Positions 26,350 to 34,796 of a DNA stretch of 39,847 bases are shown one piece after another. The notes under the pieces are model-generated. The model saw only the letters and a list, made by a program, of their open reading frames with translations. It had not been told where the DNA came from and searched no databases. Where the stretch lies: NCBI GenBank assembly GCA_964650745.1, contig CAZYUX010000002.1:1-39847 (forward strand), written 5' to 3'. The translations under genes were made by a program, and so were the position numbers. The DNA is from an uncultured Puniceicoccaceae bacterium (lineage in GTDB: Bacteria; Verrucomicrobiota; Verrucomicrobiia; Opitutales; CAZYUX01). Within the stretch, counting starts at the first letter, position 1. Every line of letters begins with the position of its first letter.

Positions 26350-27686
26350 GAAAAATTATCCTTGCCGTTCTGATGCTTGCGGGGAGCGCCGCCGCCCAGG
26401 AGGAGTTAATCAACACCGGCCGCGAGGCCCTGGCCAGCCAGGACCTGCAAGCCGCCGATGCCGCTTTCAGGGACGCCGCCGCCGCGTTCCCGGAACACCC
26501 CGAATCCAACGTCCTGTATGGCGTCACCCGCCTGCTGGTTTTGGCTGAGACCGAAGAATTCCGGAACCAGTTTTTCGCGATGGGCGCTTCATCCGTGTCG
26601 GAGAGCCTCTACAACTTTGACATTGTATTTCCGTACGCGGAGCAGGCCGGCGGGGACATGGACATTCTTTTCGACGAAGATTACAACACCTCCGCCGCCA
26701 AAGATTACATCACAAACACGCTGCTGCCCGAAATCGCCGCCGCCGGGTCCAATTTAGCTGTGGCCGGGGAGGGTTTTGCCCTCGATCTGAGCGCGGCGGA
26801 AACCGGAGACACCGGCGTTACCGTGGATTACGGGGACATCCTGGTGCTGCGCGCCCTGATGAAAGCGGCCTGTTTTTACATCCATTTTCTCGAAGGTTTC
26901 GGCACGGATGTGAACCTTTTCGAAATCATGCAAATGAACAGCCTGCCGGAAATTCTGGAAGCGTTTCCAAATCTGATGCAAAGCAGCCCGCGGCATTCCT
27001 GGGCGGAGGCGGAGACGGCTTTGCGCGGAGCCATCGCCCTTTACGGGGAAGCTTCACCCATCCTCCGGGGCCGCGCGGGCGAGCCGCGCCTCTTTACCCT
27101 CGCGCCCGAAGACTTGGAAGGGGAAGCCGAACTGCGGGAAAGCCTGGAACATATCCTCGGCGCTCTCGACGGGCCGGTTCTGGCGGGAGACGGCGACATT
27201 GCCGTCCACTTCGGCCCCGTGTTTGACGGCGCCGTGAATCCGCGCGCGCTGCTTCCGGAGTTCTCGGGCGAATCAAAAGCCGTGGCGGGGACTGTGCCGG
27301 ATCCAACCTTTGGCGGTCTATTGCCCGGCATGACTCAAGGCAAAATCGAAGACTGGCTGTTCGAAAACGGTTTAAGCGCGGGATTCCTGGCCGGTTACGA
27401 AGCGGCTGACGGGCTTCTCCACGCCCGCCCTTTCGGCTACTTCAGCTACGTTGGTTCTTTCCTTTATCACTACGAGCATGGCTGGCTTTACCCGTATCCC
27501 ATGCAGTCGGACATATGGATGTGGGACTATGGAATGCGCGCTTGGCTCTGGACCTCGAGCCGTTGTTATCCCAGCCTTTTTTATTTCAGCGGGGGCGAGT
27601 CGGCCTGGCTCTTTTACTATCAGGGCAGCGCCCGGCCGCGCTGGTTCTTGAATTATGACACCGGCAAACTGGAGGCGCACTGGTAA
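26346..27686 (+). CDS. hypothetical secreted protein with an aromatic-rich C-terminal module
   Basis: Start MRKIILAVLMLAGSAAAQEE (signal peptide), in frame with track ORF 26301..27686. The C-terminus is FGYFSYVGSFLYHYEHGWLYPYP...IWMWDYGMRAWLWTSSRCYPSLFYFSGGESAWLFYYQG. Confidence 0.7.
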   Translation: MRKIILAVLMLAGSAAAQEELINTGREALASQDLQAADAAFRDAAAAFPEHPESNVLYGVTRLLVLAETEEFRNQFFAMGASSVSESLYNFDIVFPYAEQAGGDMDILFDEDYNTSAAKDYITNTLLPEIAAAGSNLAVAGEGFALDLSAAETGDTGVTVDYGDILVLRALMKAACFYIHFLEGFGTDVNLFEIMQMNSLPEILEAFPNLMQSSPRHSWAEAETALRGAIALYGEASPILRGRAGEPRLFTLAPEDLEGEAELRESLEHILGALDGPVLAGDGDIAVHFGPVFDGAVNPRALLPEFSGESKAVAGTVPDPTFGGLLPGMTQGKIEDWLFENGLSAGFLAGYEAADGLLHARPFGYFSYVGSFLYHYEHGWLYPYPMQSDIWMWDYGMRAWLWTSSRCYPSLFYFSGGESAWLFYYQGSARPRWFLNYDTGKLEAHW

Positions 27687-27698
27687 TCTGCGCATTAT

Positions 27699-28469
27699 AT
27701 GATGAAAGCGGCGCTTGTCACTGGAGGGACACGGGGCATCGGGCAGGGCATCGCCCGGTGTCTGGCCCGCGAAGGTTTCGATCTCGCCCTCAACGGGATC
27801 CGGGAAGAGGCCGCCGCGGCGGACGCGCTTGAGGAATTGCGTCATCTTGGAGGAAGGGTGATTTATTGCCGGGGCGATGTTTCCCGGGCGGCGGACTGCC
27901 GGGCTGTTGTTGAAAAAGTCCGCGGGTGTTACGGGCGGCTCCACGTTCTGGTCAACAACGCCGGTGTGGCGCCGCGCGAGCGTGTGGATGTTCTGGACAC
28001 AACGGAGGAGAGTTTTGGCCGGGTCATCGCGGTCAACCTCAAAGGCGCGTTTTTCCTCTCCCAGATGGCGGCGCGGTGGATGCTCGAACAGAAGGAGGCG
28101 GATCCGGGCTTCAGCGGGTGCATCATCAATATCGGCTCGGTCTCCGCCGTCACGGCATCCGTCAACCGCGCCGAATACTGCGTCGCCAAAGCCGGGTTGG
28201 GGATGGTCACGAAGCTTTTTGCCGCCCGCCTTGGCGCGTCCGGCATCCCGGTCTATGAAATCCGCCCCGGCATCATCAAGACCGATATGACCGCGGGCGC
28301 CGCCGGGAAATACGATCAGCTCATAGCCGGCGGCCTTTGTGTCCAGCCCCGCTGGGGAATGCCCGAGGACGTGGGCAGGGCCGCGGCCGCCCTCGCCCGC
28401 GGCGATTTCCCTTACTCCACCGGCCAGGTCATCCGCGTGGATGGCGGCCTCACGCTTCAGCGGCTTTGA
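27699..28469 (+). CDS. SDR family oxidoreductase (FabG-like 3-oxoacyl reductase type)
   Basis: ALVTGGTRGIGQGIA, NNAG, and catalytic S...YCVAKAG (YxxxK). Confidence 0.85.
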   Translation: MMKAALVTGGTRGIGQGIARCLAREGFDLALNGIREEAAAADALEELRHLGGRVIYCRGDVSRAADCRAVVEKVRGCYGRLHVLVNNAGVAPRERVDVLDTTEESFGRVIAVNLKGAFFLSQMAARWMLEQKEADPGFSGCIINIGSVSAVTASVNRAEYCVAKAGLGMVTKLFAARLGASGIPVYEIRPGIIKTDMTAGAAGKYDQLIAGGLCVQPRWGMPEDVGRAAAALARGDFPYSTGQVIRVDGGLTLQRL

Positions 28470-28554
28470 AGAGTTGTCTTTTCAGCCGCGGCTGAAAATG
28501 CGGGAAAACGGTCCGGCGGCGGCACGGCTTCCGGGATGCCGGTGTTTTTCAATG

Positions 28555-29757
28555 CTAATCTTCCGGGGGTTCGCCATGGGGCGCCATTTTAACGAGCCGA
28601 GGGTGGAAACAGCCGAGGATTTCAACCAAATCTTCCTGGGCGCGCATCACCTCGTCAATATCTTTGTAAACCATGGGGACTTCATCCAGCCCGGCGCTCA
28701 TGAGGGTGACGCGCCGCCGGCGCAGAAGCCCGCGGACATCGCTCCAGCGGAAGGTTTTCATGGCTTTCTTGCGGCTCATGACGCGCCCGGCGCCGTGGGA
28801 AGCGGACTTCAGAGAATCGGGGTTTCCTTTGCCCTTGATGACGTAAGCGGGGGAAGCCATGGAGCCGGGGATGATGCCCAAGGCCCCCGCGTCCGCCGGT
28901 GTGGCGCCTTTGCGGTGGACCACGACTTCGCGGTTCCGGTGACGCTCGACCCACGCGAAATTGTGGTGGTTTTCGATATCGAGAAGCACTTGCGCCCCGA
29001 GATGGCGCGCGATATGCTGATGGATAAGGAAGTGGTTGGCGGCCGCGTAGGCGCCCATGAGCCGCATCGCCTCCCAATACTCCCGTCCGGACGCGCTCTT
29101 CATATCGAGCCAGGCCAAATGAGCAAACTCCTTGGGCAGGCCCTTGTGTTTTTGACGGGCCGCTTTGCTGTAGTGATTGCAGACCAGCGCCCCGGTGCCG
29201 CGGCTGCCGCTGTGGCTGAGCAACGCCAGATAAGCCCCCGGATCGAGTCCCAGTTCTTTTTTTTCAACGGTGAACTCGCCGAACTCGGCGAAATGGTTGC
29301 CGCTGCCGCTGGTGCCGAGCTGGGACCATGCCTTGTCCTTGTGCCGCCGGGTGACGGGCGACACCGACCAGTCGCGGTCCATGACGCCATGTTGCCGGCG
29401 CTTTTTGAAACTTGCCCCGATGCCGAACCGGGTTTCGGTCTCGATGGCCTTGCGCAGCCGGTCTTCCTCCTTGTCCAACGTGGTCACTGGCAAATCGAGG
29501 ACGGTCATCTTCATCCGGCAGGCAATGTCCACCCCCACGGCGTAAGGGATAACCACCCCGTCCGTGGCCAAGACGCCGCCGATGGGCAGCCCGTAACCCT
29601 GGTGGGCGTCAGCCATCAAAGCCCCCGCGACCGAGACCGGCAGCCGGACGGCGTTGCGCATCTGCCCGAGCGCCCCCGCCTCGTGCCCTTCGCCCCATTC
29701 CCGCCAGGGCGCCGGCTCTTCCCGGACGGTGTTGTTCGCTGCTTTTGAATCATTCAT
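28555..29757 (-). CDS. rtcB: RNA 3'-phosphate ligase RtcB
   Basis: MADAHQGYGLPIGGV, GVDIACRM, GTSGSGNHFAEF, SHSGSRGTG, HHNFAW, HRKGATPA and SHGAGRVMSR are the canonical RtcB metal- and GMP-binding motifs. Confidence 0.95.
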   Translation of the reverse strand: MNDSKAANNTVREEPAPWREWGEGHEAGALGQMRNAVRLPVSVAGALMADAHQGYGLPIGGVLATDGVVIPYAVGVDIACRMKMTVLDLPVTTLDKEEDRLRKAIETETRFGIGASFKKRRQHGVMDRDWSVSPVTRRHKDKAWSQLGTSGSGNHFAEFGEFTVEKKELGLDPGAYLALLSHSGSRGTGALVCNHYSKAARQKHKGLPKEFAHLAWLDMKSASGREYWEAMRLMGAYAAANHFLIHQHIARHLGAQVLLDIENHHNFAWVERHRNREVVVHRKGATPADAGALGIIPGSMASPAYVIKGKGNPDSLKSASHGAGRVMSRKKAMKTFRWSDVRGLLRRRRVTLMSAGLDEVPMVYKDIDEVMRAQEDLVEILGCFHPRLVKMAPHGEPPED

Positions 29758-29823
29758 TAGGAAAAGAAGAATATACCCCAGTTACTTTTCTTCATGAACA
29801 TTGGAGGATAAGTCCAAGTGATT

Positions 29824-30204
29824 TTATTCCGGAAGTGCCAAAGCGGAGGAAGCGGCCAATTGCTGGGCCATTAATTTCCGTCCGGATTTTTCCGGGGGCC
29901 AGCCAATTATATTTGCATGACGAGCCGGAGGCTCATCCGGAGTCACCTCCAGTTGTTTTTTTCTTACTTCTGACGCTATGATATCGCCCCGGCCGTGAAG
30001 CGTTTGGCTTCTTGTCCTTTCAATTTTCCGGCCGACAATCCAGATATCGCATTCCGCCAACTCCTCTATGCGAAAAACGGAGGTTTTCCCTTCCTGATTC
30101 GGCAAAAACGCTTCCGCTTTCACCCGGTTGTTTTCGCGGCTTAAATGCCGGGAGGAATAAATAAACCTGGTAATCGGCTCCCGATCCTGAACCGGACTCG
30201 CCAT
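29824..30204 (-). CDS. hypothetical protein (126 aa), third gene of the low-GC cassette
   Basis: An ORF in low-GC DNA. Its ATG follows the upstream stop as TGA-TAG-ATG. Conserved-looking segments are VKAEAFLPNQEGKTSVFRIEEL and PPARHANIIGWPPEKSGRKLMAQQLA. I recognised no family. Confidence 0.6.
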   Translation of the reverse strand: MASPVQDREPITRFIYSSRHLSRENNRVKAEAFLPNQEGKTSVFRIEELAECDIWIVGRKIERTRSQTLHGRGDIIASEVRKKQLEVTPDEPPARHANIIGWPPEKSGRKLMAQQLAASSALALPE

Positions 30205-30207
30205 CTA

Positions 30208-30705
30208 TCAATACCGCTGTTCCAGCCGGTTAAGGTTATCGAAAATAACCTTCGGGATTTGATCTTTGAATATCTCAACACCGTGAGTTTTGTTTGGGCC
30301 GAAGATACCGGCATAACTCAATTCCCCATTGGTTCCCACACTAATAGAAAACACCCGGTCCGTTGCTTTAAACCATTCGAATGAAATTTCTCCATCCGGG
30401 TCGGCGGACACTTCGGGCATTTGCAAGCCGGGTTGAAATAATTCGAGGAAGTTAACCGCTTTGGATACACTCTCTTCAAGCACCGCTGTTGCGCCATACC
30501 CGTCCCAGCCTTCGTGTTGACACTCATGCAGGATTTCTTCTAATGATTTCAAAACCGTCTCTTTTGCTGGACCAGTTGAAAGGGGTTGATTTAGCTCTTC
30601 TTCGTAACGCGAAGCATCGTTTTTTAGAATCTCTGCCTCCTTGCCTACTTCTTGACTCGAATAAAAAAGCCAGGAAGGTAACGTTGATGAGCACGTATAG
30701 GTCAT
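30208..30705 (-). CDS. hypothetical protein (165 aa), second gene of the low-GC cassette
   Basis: ATGA start/stop overlap with the upstream gene (30702-30705). It contains GWDGYGATAVLEESVSKAVNFLELF...PEVSADPDGEISFEWF. I recognised no family. Confidence 0.65.
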   Translation of the reverse strand: MTYTCSSTLPSWLFYSSQEVGKEAEILKNDASRYEEELNQPLSTGPAKETVLKSLEEILHECQHEGWDGYGATAVLEESVSKAVNFLELFQPGLQMPEVSADPDGEISFEWFKATDRVFSISVGTNGELSYAGIFGPNKTHGVEIFKDQIPKVIFDNLNRLEQRY

Positions 30706-31445
30706 ACGTATAATTGAATAGTTTTGTCTGTTAGACTTCTAAAGAAGATATCATTCTTCATTTTCCTCAATTTGTCAAACCTTTCAAGAATATCATCAGC
30801 GGGTAAACCGTCTGGGGATGCCTCAAAGACATCAATGTCAAAAATAACCGGCAACTTGTCTTCTCTCCACGGCTCAATTTTCTGGATGATAATGGCTTGA
30901 AGGTTTTGTTTCTCATCCCGCAGAACCATGCGGGAAAAATATTCAGGCATCAGCTCCGGCAGACCATCCGGAACATCTGGTGGTTTGCTAAAGTATTCGG
31001 AAAACGCAACATGAGGTCCGGGCAAATGAAGTTTGTTAACATAACGGGTAGCTATCCGTGTGATTTCTTGCTGTGGAACTGTTTCCAAGTAGATGTTCCA
31101 CAATCTTGATGCTTCCTCAAACACATCTTTCCAGGAAGTATATGGCTTCAGCCGGTTAAAAGTGAATCCATCACGGCGGAATTGGGCGATTTTCTTTTTG
31201 TCGTCTGATCGGAAAAAATATCCTTGAATATCTTCTTTAAAGGCAACTGATTTTGCCGCTTGGCCGGGTCTAAATGAAAAAGCATAATCCGATTGTTTGC
31301 GTTCCTCGATTTTCGGGTAATCGCGCTGCAGAGATCCGTGTAATTTCTTAAAAACTGACACATCGAAATCCCCGGGCAATTGAACCCGGAAATCAATAAT
31401 GGCTTCAGTGATGGGAGCTTTTTTTAAATGCCGTTGGTCTGCCAT
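30702..31445 (-). CDS. TIGR04255-like uncharacterised protein (247 aa), first gene of the low-GC cassette
   Basis: The N-terminus LKKAPITEAIIDFRVQLP, the central ITRIATRYVNKLHLP, and VIFDIDVF with a C-terminal DIFFRSLTDKTIQLY match my recollection of the TIGR04255 signature (P(L/I)xEAxxExRF ... RxGxRYxN ... DxD). The assignment is from memory and not searched. Confidence 0.6.
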   Translation of the reverse strand: MADQRHLKKAPITEAIIDFRVQLPGDFDVSVFKKLHGSLQRDYPKIEERKQSDYAFSFRPGQAAKSVAFKEDIQGYFFRSDDKKKIAQFRRDGFTFNRLKPYTSWKDVFEEASRLWNIYLETVPQQEITRIATRYVNKLHLPGPHVAFSEYFSKPPDVPDGLPELMPEYFSRMVLRDEKQNLQAIIIQKIEPWREDKLPVIFDIDVFEASPDGLPADDILERFDKLRKMKNDIFFRSLTDKTIQLYV

Positions 31446-31711
31446 ATTCTTTCCGAGATTCGAATGGTCGGGAAAGTTCTTCTAAAACTCAAGGGAAAAG
31501 AATTTATGGTTCTTCGCGGATTATTGCGGGCGGAGATCGCGTTTGCCGCAATGAAAGAGGATGGCGGCGCGATAGCGTCCTATGCCCGCCGGGGCGTTTC
31601 CAGCCCCGGCAGCTTCGCGTAATGCTCGTTGATGTTTTCCATCCTTCATCAGAAGACTTTTCCCTCGCCGCCGCCAGCCCTTTCCGCAAACTTCCGCGAA
31701 TAACCAAACTC

Positions 31712-32221
31712 ATGATTTCTGAAGAAAAGGATCCGCCGGCCGCCGCCGGGCACCTTCTGATTGACGGTTTCAACATCATCCACGCCTGGCCGGAGCTGCG
31801 GGATATGCTCGGCAGAAGCCCGGCGGCGGCCCGCGCGCGCCTTGGGGAAATCGTCCGCGTCATTCACGATTTCACGGGAATCCGCGCCACGGTGGTTTTT
31901 GACGGCCGGGGCGAGGAAATCGAAATCGAACGGCCCGGCGAAGAGCCAACTTTTTCTTTTCTCTACACCCCCGCTTCGGCCGCGGCGGACAGCGTCATCG
32001 AGCAGCTGACGGCGAAAGCGCAACACCCCGGCGCGGTCATCGTCGCCAGCGCGGACAACCCGCTGCGCCAGACCGTGCTGGCAATGGGGGCGCAGGTTAT
32101 ATCCCCGCCGGATTTGGCGGCCTGGGCGCGAACATGCCGCCAGCGCCAAAGCGCGCGCCTGAAGCATTTAAGCAAACAGGTTGACAGGCAGTGGCGGCGG
32201 CGGGAAAATCCGCCCCCGTGA
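31712..32221 (+). CDS. NYN-domain RNase, YacP/Rae1-like
   Basis: HLLIDGFNIIHAWPELRDML, VVFDGRG and VASADNPLRQTVLAMGAQVISPPDL fit the YacP-type NYN/PIN fold. Start MISEEKD is at 31712, inside track ORF 31622..32221. Confidence 0.75.
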   Translation: MISEEKDPPAAAGHLLIDGFNIIHAWPELRDMLGRSPAAARARLGEIVRVIHDFTGIRATVVFDGRGEEIEIERPGEEPTFSFLYTPASAAADSVIEQLTAKAQHPGAVIVASADNPLRQTVLAMGAQVISPPDLAAWARTCRQRQSARLKHLSKQVDRQWRRRENPPP

Positions 32222-33414
32222 AAAGACCCGCGGCCGCGGAACTCCAGGGACTATACGGGCCGGTGACGGTTTCCGAGACGCTGCTGCAAAAGATCTGGCA
32301 GCGCCAGGATTTCTCGCGGGAGGAATTGACGACGCAAAACGGGGAAAGCTTGCGGGTGCTTTCCCCCGGCCGGTGGAACCGCCTGGAAGGGCCGGACTTT
32401 CTTGGCGCGGAGATGGAAATCGCCGGCCGCCGCCTGCGGGGCGACGTCGAAATCCATTTCCGCCAGCGTGACTGGCGGGATCACGGCCATCACCGCAATC
32501 CGCTTTACGGCAACGTGATCCTGCACACACTCCTCTTCGAACCGGCAGTCAAAACCTCCGCCGCCCGGCGGGCGGACGGGCATGCGCCCGCCACCTTCGT
32601 GCTGCTCCCCTGGCTGCGGCAGGACCTGGAGGAATACCTCATGGAGGAAACGCTCTTTGCCCTGGGCCGGCAACAGGAAGCCGAATGCCTGCGGCCGCTG
32701 TGCGGGAAGCCCCTGGAAGAATGCCGGCAGATTTTCCGCCGCAACGCCCAATGCCGCTGGGAGCAAAAAAGACGACATGCCAAAACCCGTCTGGAAAAAT
32801 TCGGATGGGAGGAGGCCTGCCACCAGTGCTTTCTCGAAGTCCTCGGAAGCCGCCGCAACCGCGCTCCGATGAGCCGTCTGGCGGCCGGTTTTCCCTTGCG
32901 GCGGATGCGCGGCGGCGCGCGGGACGCCCGTTATTATTTCGAACAGGAGCAAGGCCGGTGGCGGCTGCGCGGGGTTCGCCCCGCCAGCCATCCTCTGCGC
33001 CGTCTGGGCCAGTACCTCGAACTGCTTGAACACCGCCCCGCATGGCCGCAAGCGCTGGCGGACTGGCAAAAAATCCTTCCGCACGGCCAGCCGGAAAAGG
33101 AAAACACGGCGGCATTCCGGCGCCGCGCCGCCCTGAAGTCATGCCGGAATCAGTTAGCCAATGAAGTCCTGGCCGGCTGTTTTCCCGGCGCCCGGCTGGA
33201 CACCCTGGCGGCGGATGCCCTTCTGCCTTTGCTGGCGGCCGGCCATGACACGGATCTGTTCGCCTGCTGGTTCCACTGGTACGGGGGCGATTTTCCCGCC
33301 GCCCTTGGCCGGTTCCTGGCCGGGGCGGGCATCCGCAAGCCGCCCCGCCACCCCGCCTGCAACGGCTCCAACCAGGGGGCGCTCCATTTTTTCTTTCAGC
33401 AAGGACTCACTTGA
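32191..33414 (+). CDS. DUF2851 family protein
   Basis: SETLLQKIWQRQDFSREELTTQNGESLRVLSPGRWNRLEGPDFLGAEMEIAGRRLRGDVEIHFRQRDWRDHGHHRNPLYGNVILHTL fits the DUF2851 N-terminal signature. An alternative start is the GTG at 32218, which forms a GTGA overlap with the NYN gene stop. Confidence 0.7.
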   Translation: MAAAGKSAPVKRPAAAELQGLYGPVTVSETLLQKIWQRQDFSREELTTQNGESLRVLSPGRWNRLEGPDFLGAEMEIAGRRLRGDVEIHFRQRDWRDHGHHRNPLYGNVILHTLLFEPAVKTSAARRADGHAPATFVLLPWLRQDLEEYLMEETLFALGRQQEAECLRPLCGKPLEECRQIFRRNAQCRWEQKRRHAKTRLEKFGWEEACHQCFLEVLGSRRNRAPMSRLAAGFPLRRMRGGARDARYYFEQEQGRWRLRGVRPASHPLRRLGQYLELLEHRPAWPQALADWQKILPHGQPEKENTAAFRRRAALKSCRNQLANEVLAGCFPGARLDTLAADALLPLLAAGHDTDLFACWFHWYGGDFPAALGRFLAGAGIRKPPRHPACNGSNQGALHFFFQQGLT

Positions 33415-33521
33415 CAACCGCGCCGGGAAGGTTTTTGTTAACACGATTCAACACCGTCTCTGTTCCAACAGAGTGGGCCGGCGCCCGCTCTTTTTTTTCC
33501 ATCTTTCCGACATAGAAAAAA

Positions 33522-34769
33522 ATGAGCAACGAAATTCTCTCCGTCCTCGAATACATGGAGAAAGAGAAAGGGATCTCGCGCGACGACATGATTTCCGCCA
33601 TCGTCACGGCTATCCGCAACGCCTCCCAAAAAGGCGTCAACGCCGGCCAGGAACTGAAAATTGAAATCAACCCCAAAACCGGCGCCCTGCGCGCCTGGAC
33701 CGTTTATCAGGTCGTGGATTCAGTGAGCGACCACAAGACGGAAATCCACCTCGAAAAAGCCCGGCATCTGGATCCGGAAGCCGAATTGGGCGGGCACATC
33801 CTCAAGGAAATAGAACCCGCCTACCTGGGCCGCATCGCCGCCCAAACCGCCCGCCAGGCCATCATGCAGCGCGTCCGCCAGTTTGAAAAAGAACGCATCT
33901 ACGACGATTACAAGGACATGGTGGGGGACATCGTATCAGGCATCGTGCGCCGCAGGGAAAGAGGCGACCTGATCGTGGACCTGGGCAAAGCCGAGGCCAT
34001 GCTGCCCCATCGTGAGCGCGTGCCCGGCGAAGACTACAGCCCGGGCGAACGCATCCGCTGCCTGCTCCTCAATATCGAGCCTTCCAACCGCGGGCCGGAA
34101 CTCATCCTCAGCCGCGCCGCCGTCAAGTTTGTCCGCCGCCTCTTTGAACTGGAAGTCACGGAAATCGCTGACGGCACCGTAACCCTCGAGGCCATCTCGC
34201 GCGAGCCAGGCTACCGCACAAAAATCGCGGTGGACAGCACCGACCCGAAAGTGGACCCCGTGGGCGCCTGCGTGGGCGCGCGCGGCGCCCGCGTCAAAAG
34301 CATCGTGCGCGAGCTGGGAGGAGAGAAAATAGACATCATCCGCTACTACACGGACCCCCTGAAGATGCTGGAAGAAGCCATCAAGCCGGCCGTGCCGCGC
34401 AACGTCCAAGTGGATGAAGCCAGCCGGCGCATGTCCTTTGAAGTCACCGAGGAAGACCTCTCGATCGCCATCGGGCGCCGGGGCCAGAACGCCCGGCTGA
34501 CATCCCGCCTGCTGGGCTGGAAACTGGACATCGCCAAACAGCAAAAAGCCGAAGTGGGATTCGAGGAAAGGCTGCAGCAAGCGATCGCCGGCTGGCGCGG
34601 TGTTGCCGGCATTTCCACCGCCGCGGCCCAAAAACTGGTGGCCAACGGCATCGTCAGCCCCGAAGCCTTTGAAGGCGTGGAAGTGGAGGACTTGATCGCC
34701 ATGGGATTCACGGAAACCGAAGCCCGCGAAGCCCACGCCACTGTCAGCCGCCACCGGAGCGCCTCCTAA
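33522..34769 (+). CDS. nusA: transcription termination/antitermination factor NusA
   Basis: [31 protein letters not shown], an S1 domain ([18 protein letters not shown]), KH domains ([26 protein letters not shown]; [11 protein letters not shown]) and one C-terminal HhH-like repeat. Confidence 0.95.
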   Translation: MSNEILSVLEYMEKEKGISRDDMISAIVTAIRNASQKGVNAGQELKIEINPKTGALRAWTVYQVVDSVSDHKTEIHLEKARHLDPEAELGGHILKEIEPAYLGRIAAQTARQAIMQRVRQFEKERIYDDYKDMVGDIVSGIVRRRERGDLIVDLGKAEAMLPHRERVPGEDYSPGERIRCLLLNIEPSNRGPELILSRAAVKFVRRLFELEVTEIADGTVTLEAISREPGYRTKIAVDSTDPKVDPVGACVGARGARVKSIVRELGGEKIDIIRYYTDPLKMLEEAIKPAVPRNVQVDEASRRMSFEVTEEDLSIAIGRRGQNARLTSRLLGWKLDIAKQQKAEVGFEERLQQAIAGWRGVAGISTAAAQKLVANGIVSPEAFEGVEVEDLIAMGFTETEAREAHATVSRHRSAS

Positions 34770-34796
34770 CCCCCGGACCTTTCAGCCGCTTCATTT

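Noticed and set aside
28339-29748. A 469-aa ORF on the plus strand.
   Set aside because: It is antisense to rtcB, which has canonical motifs, and it has no recognisable domains.
29760-31510. A short direct repeat, GGAAAAGAA, near both edges of the low-GC cassette, considered as a possible att or target duplication.
   Set aside because: It is only 9 nt in AT-rich DNA, which is easily explained by chance. No integrase or tRNA is nearby.
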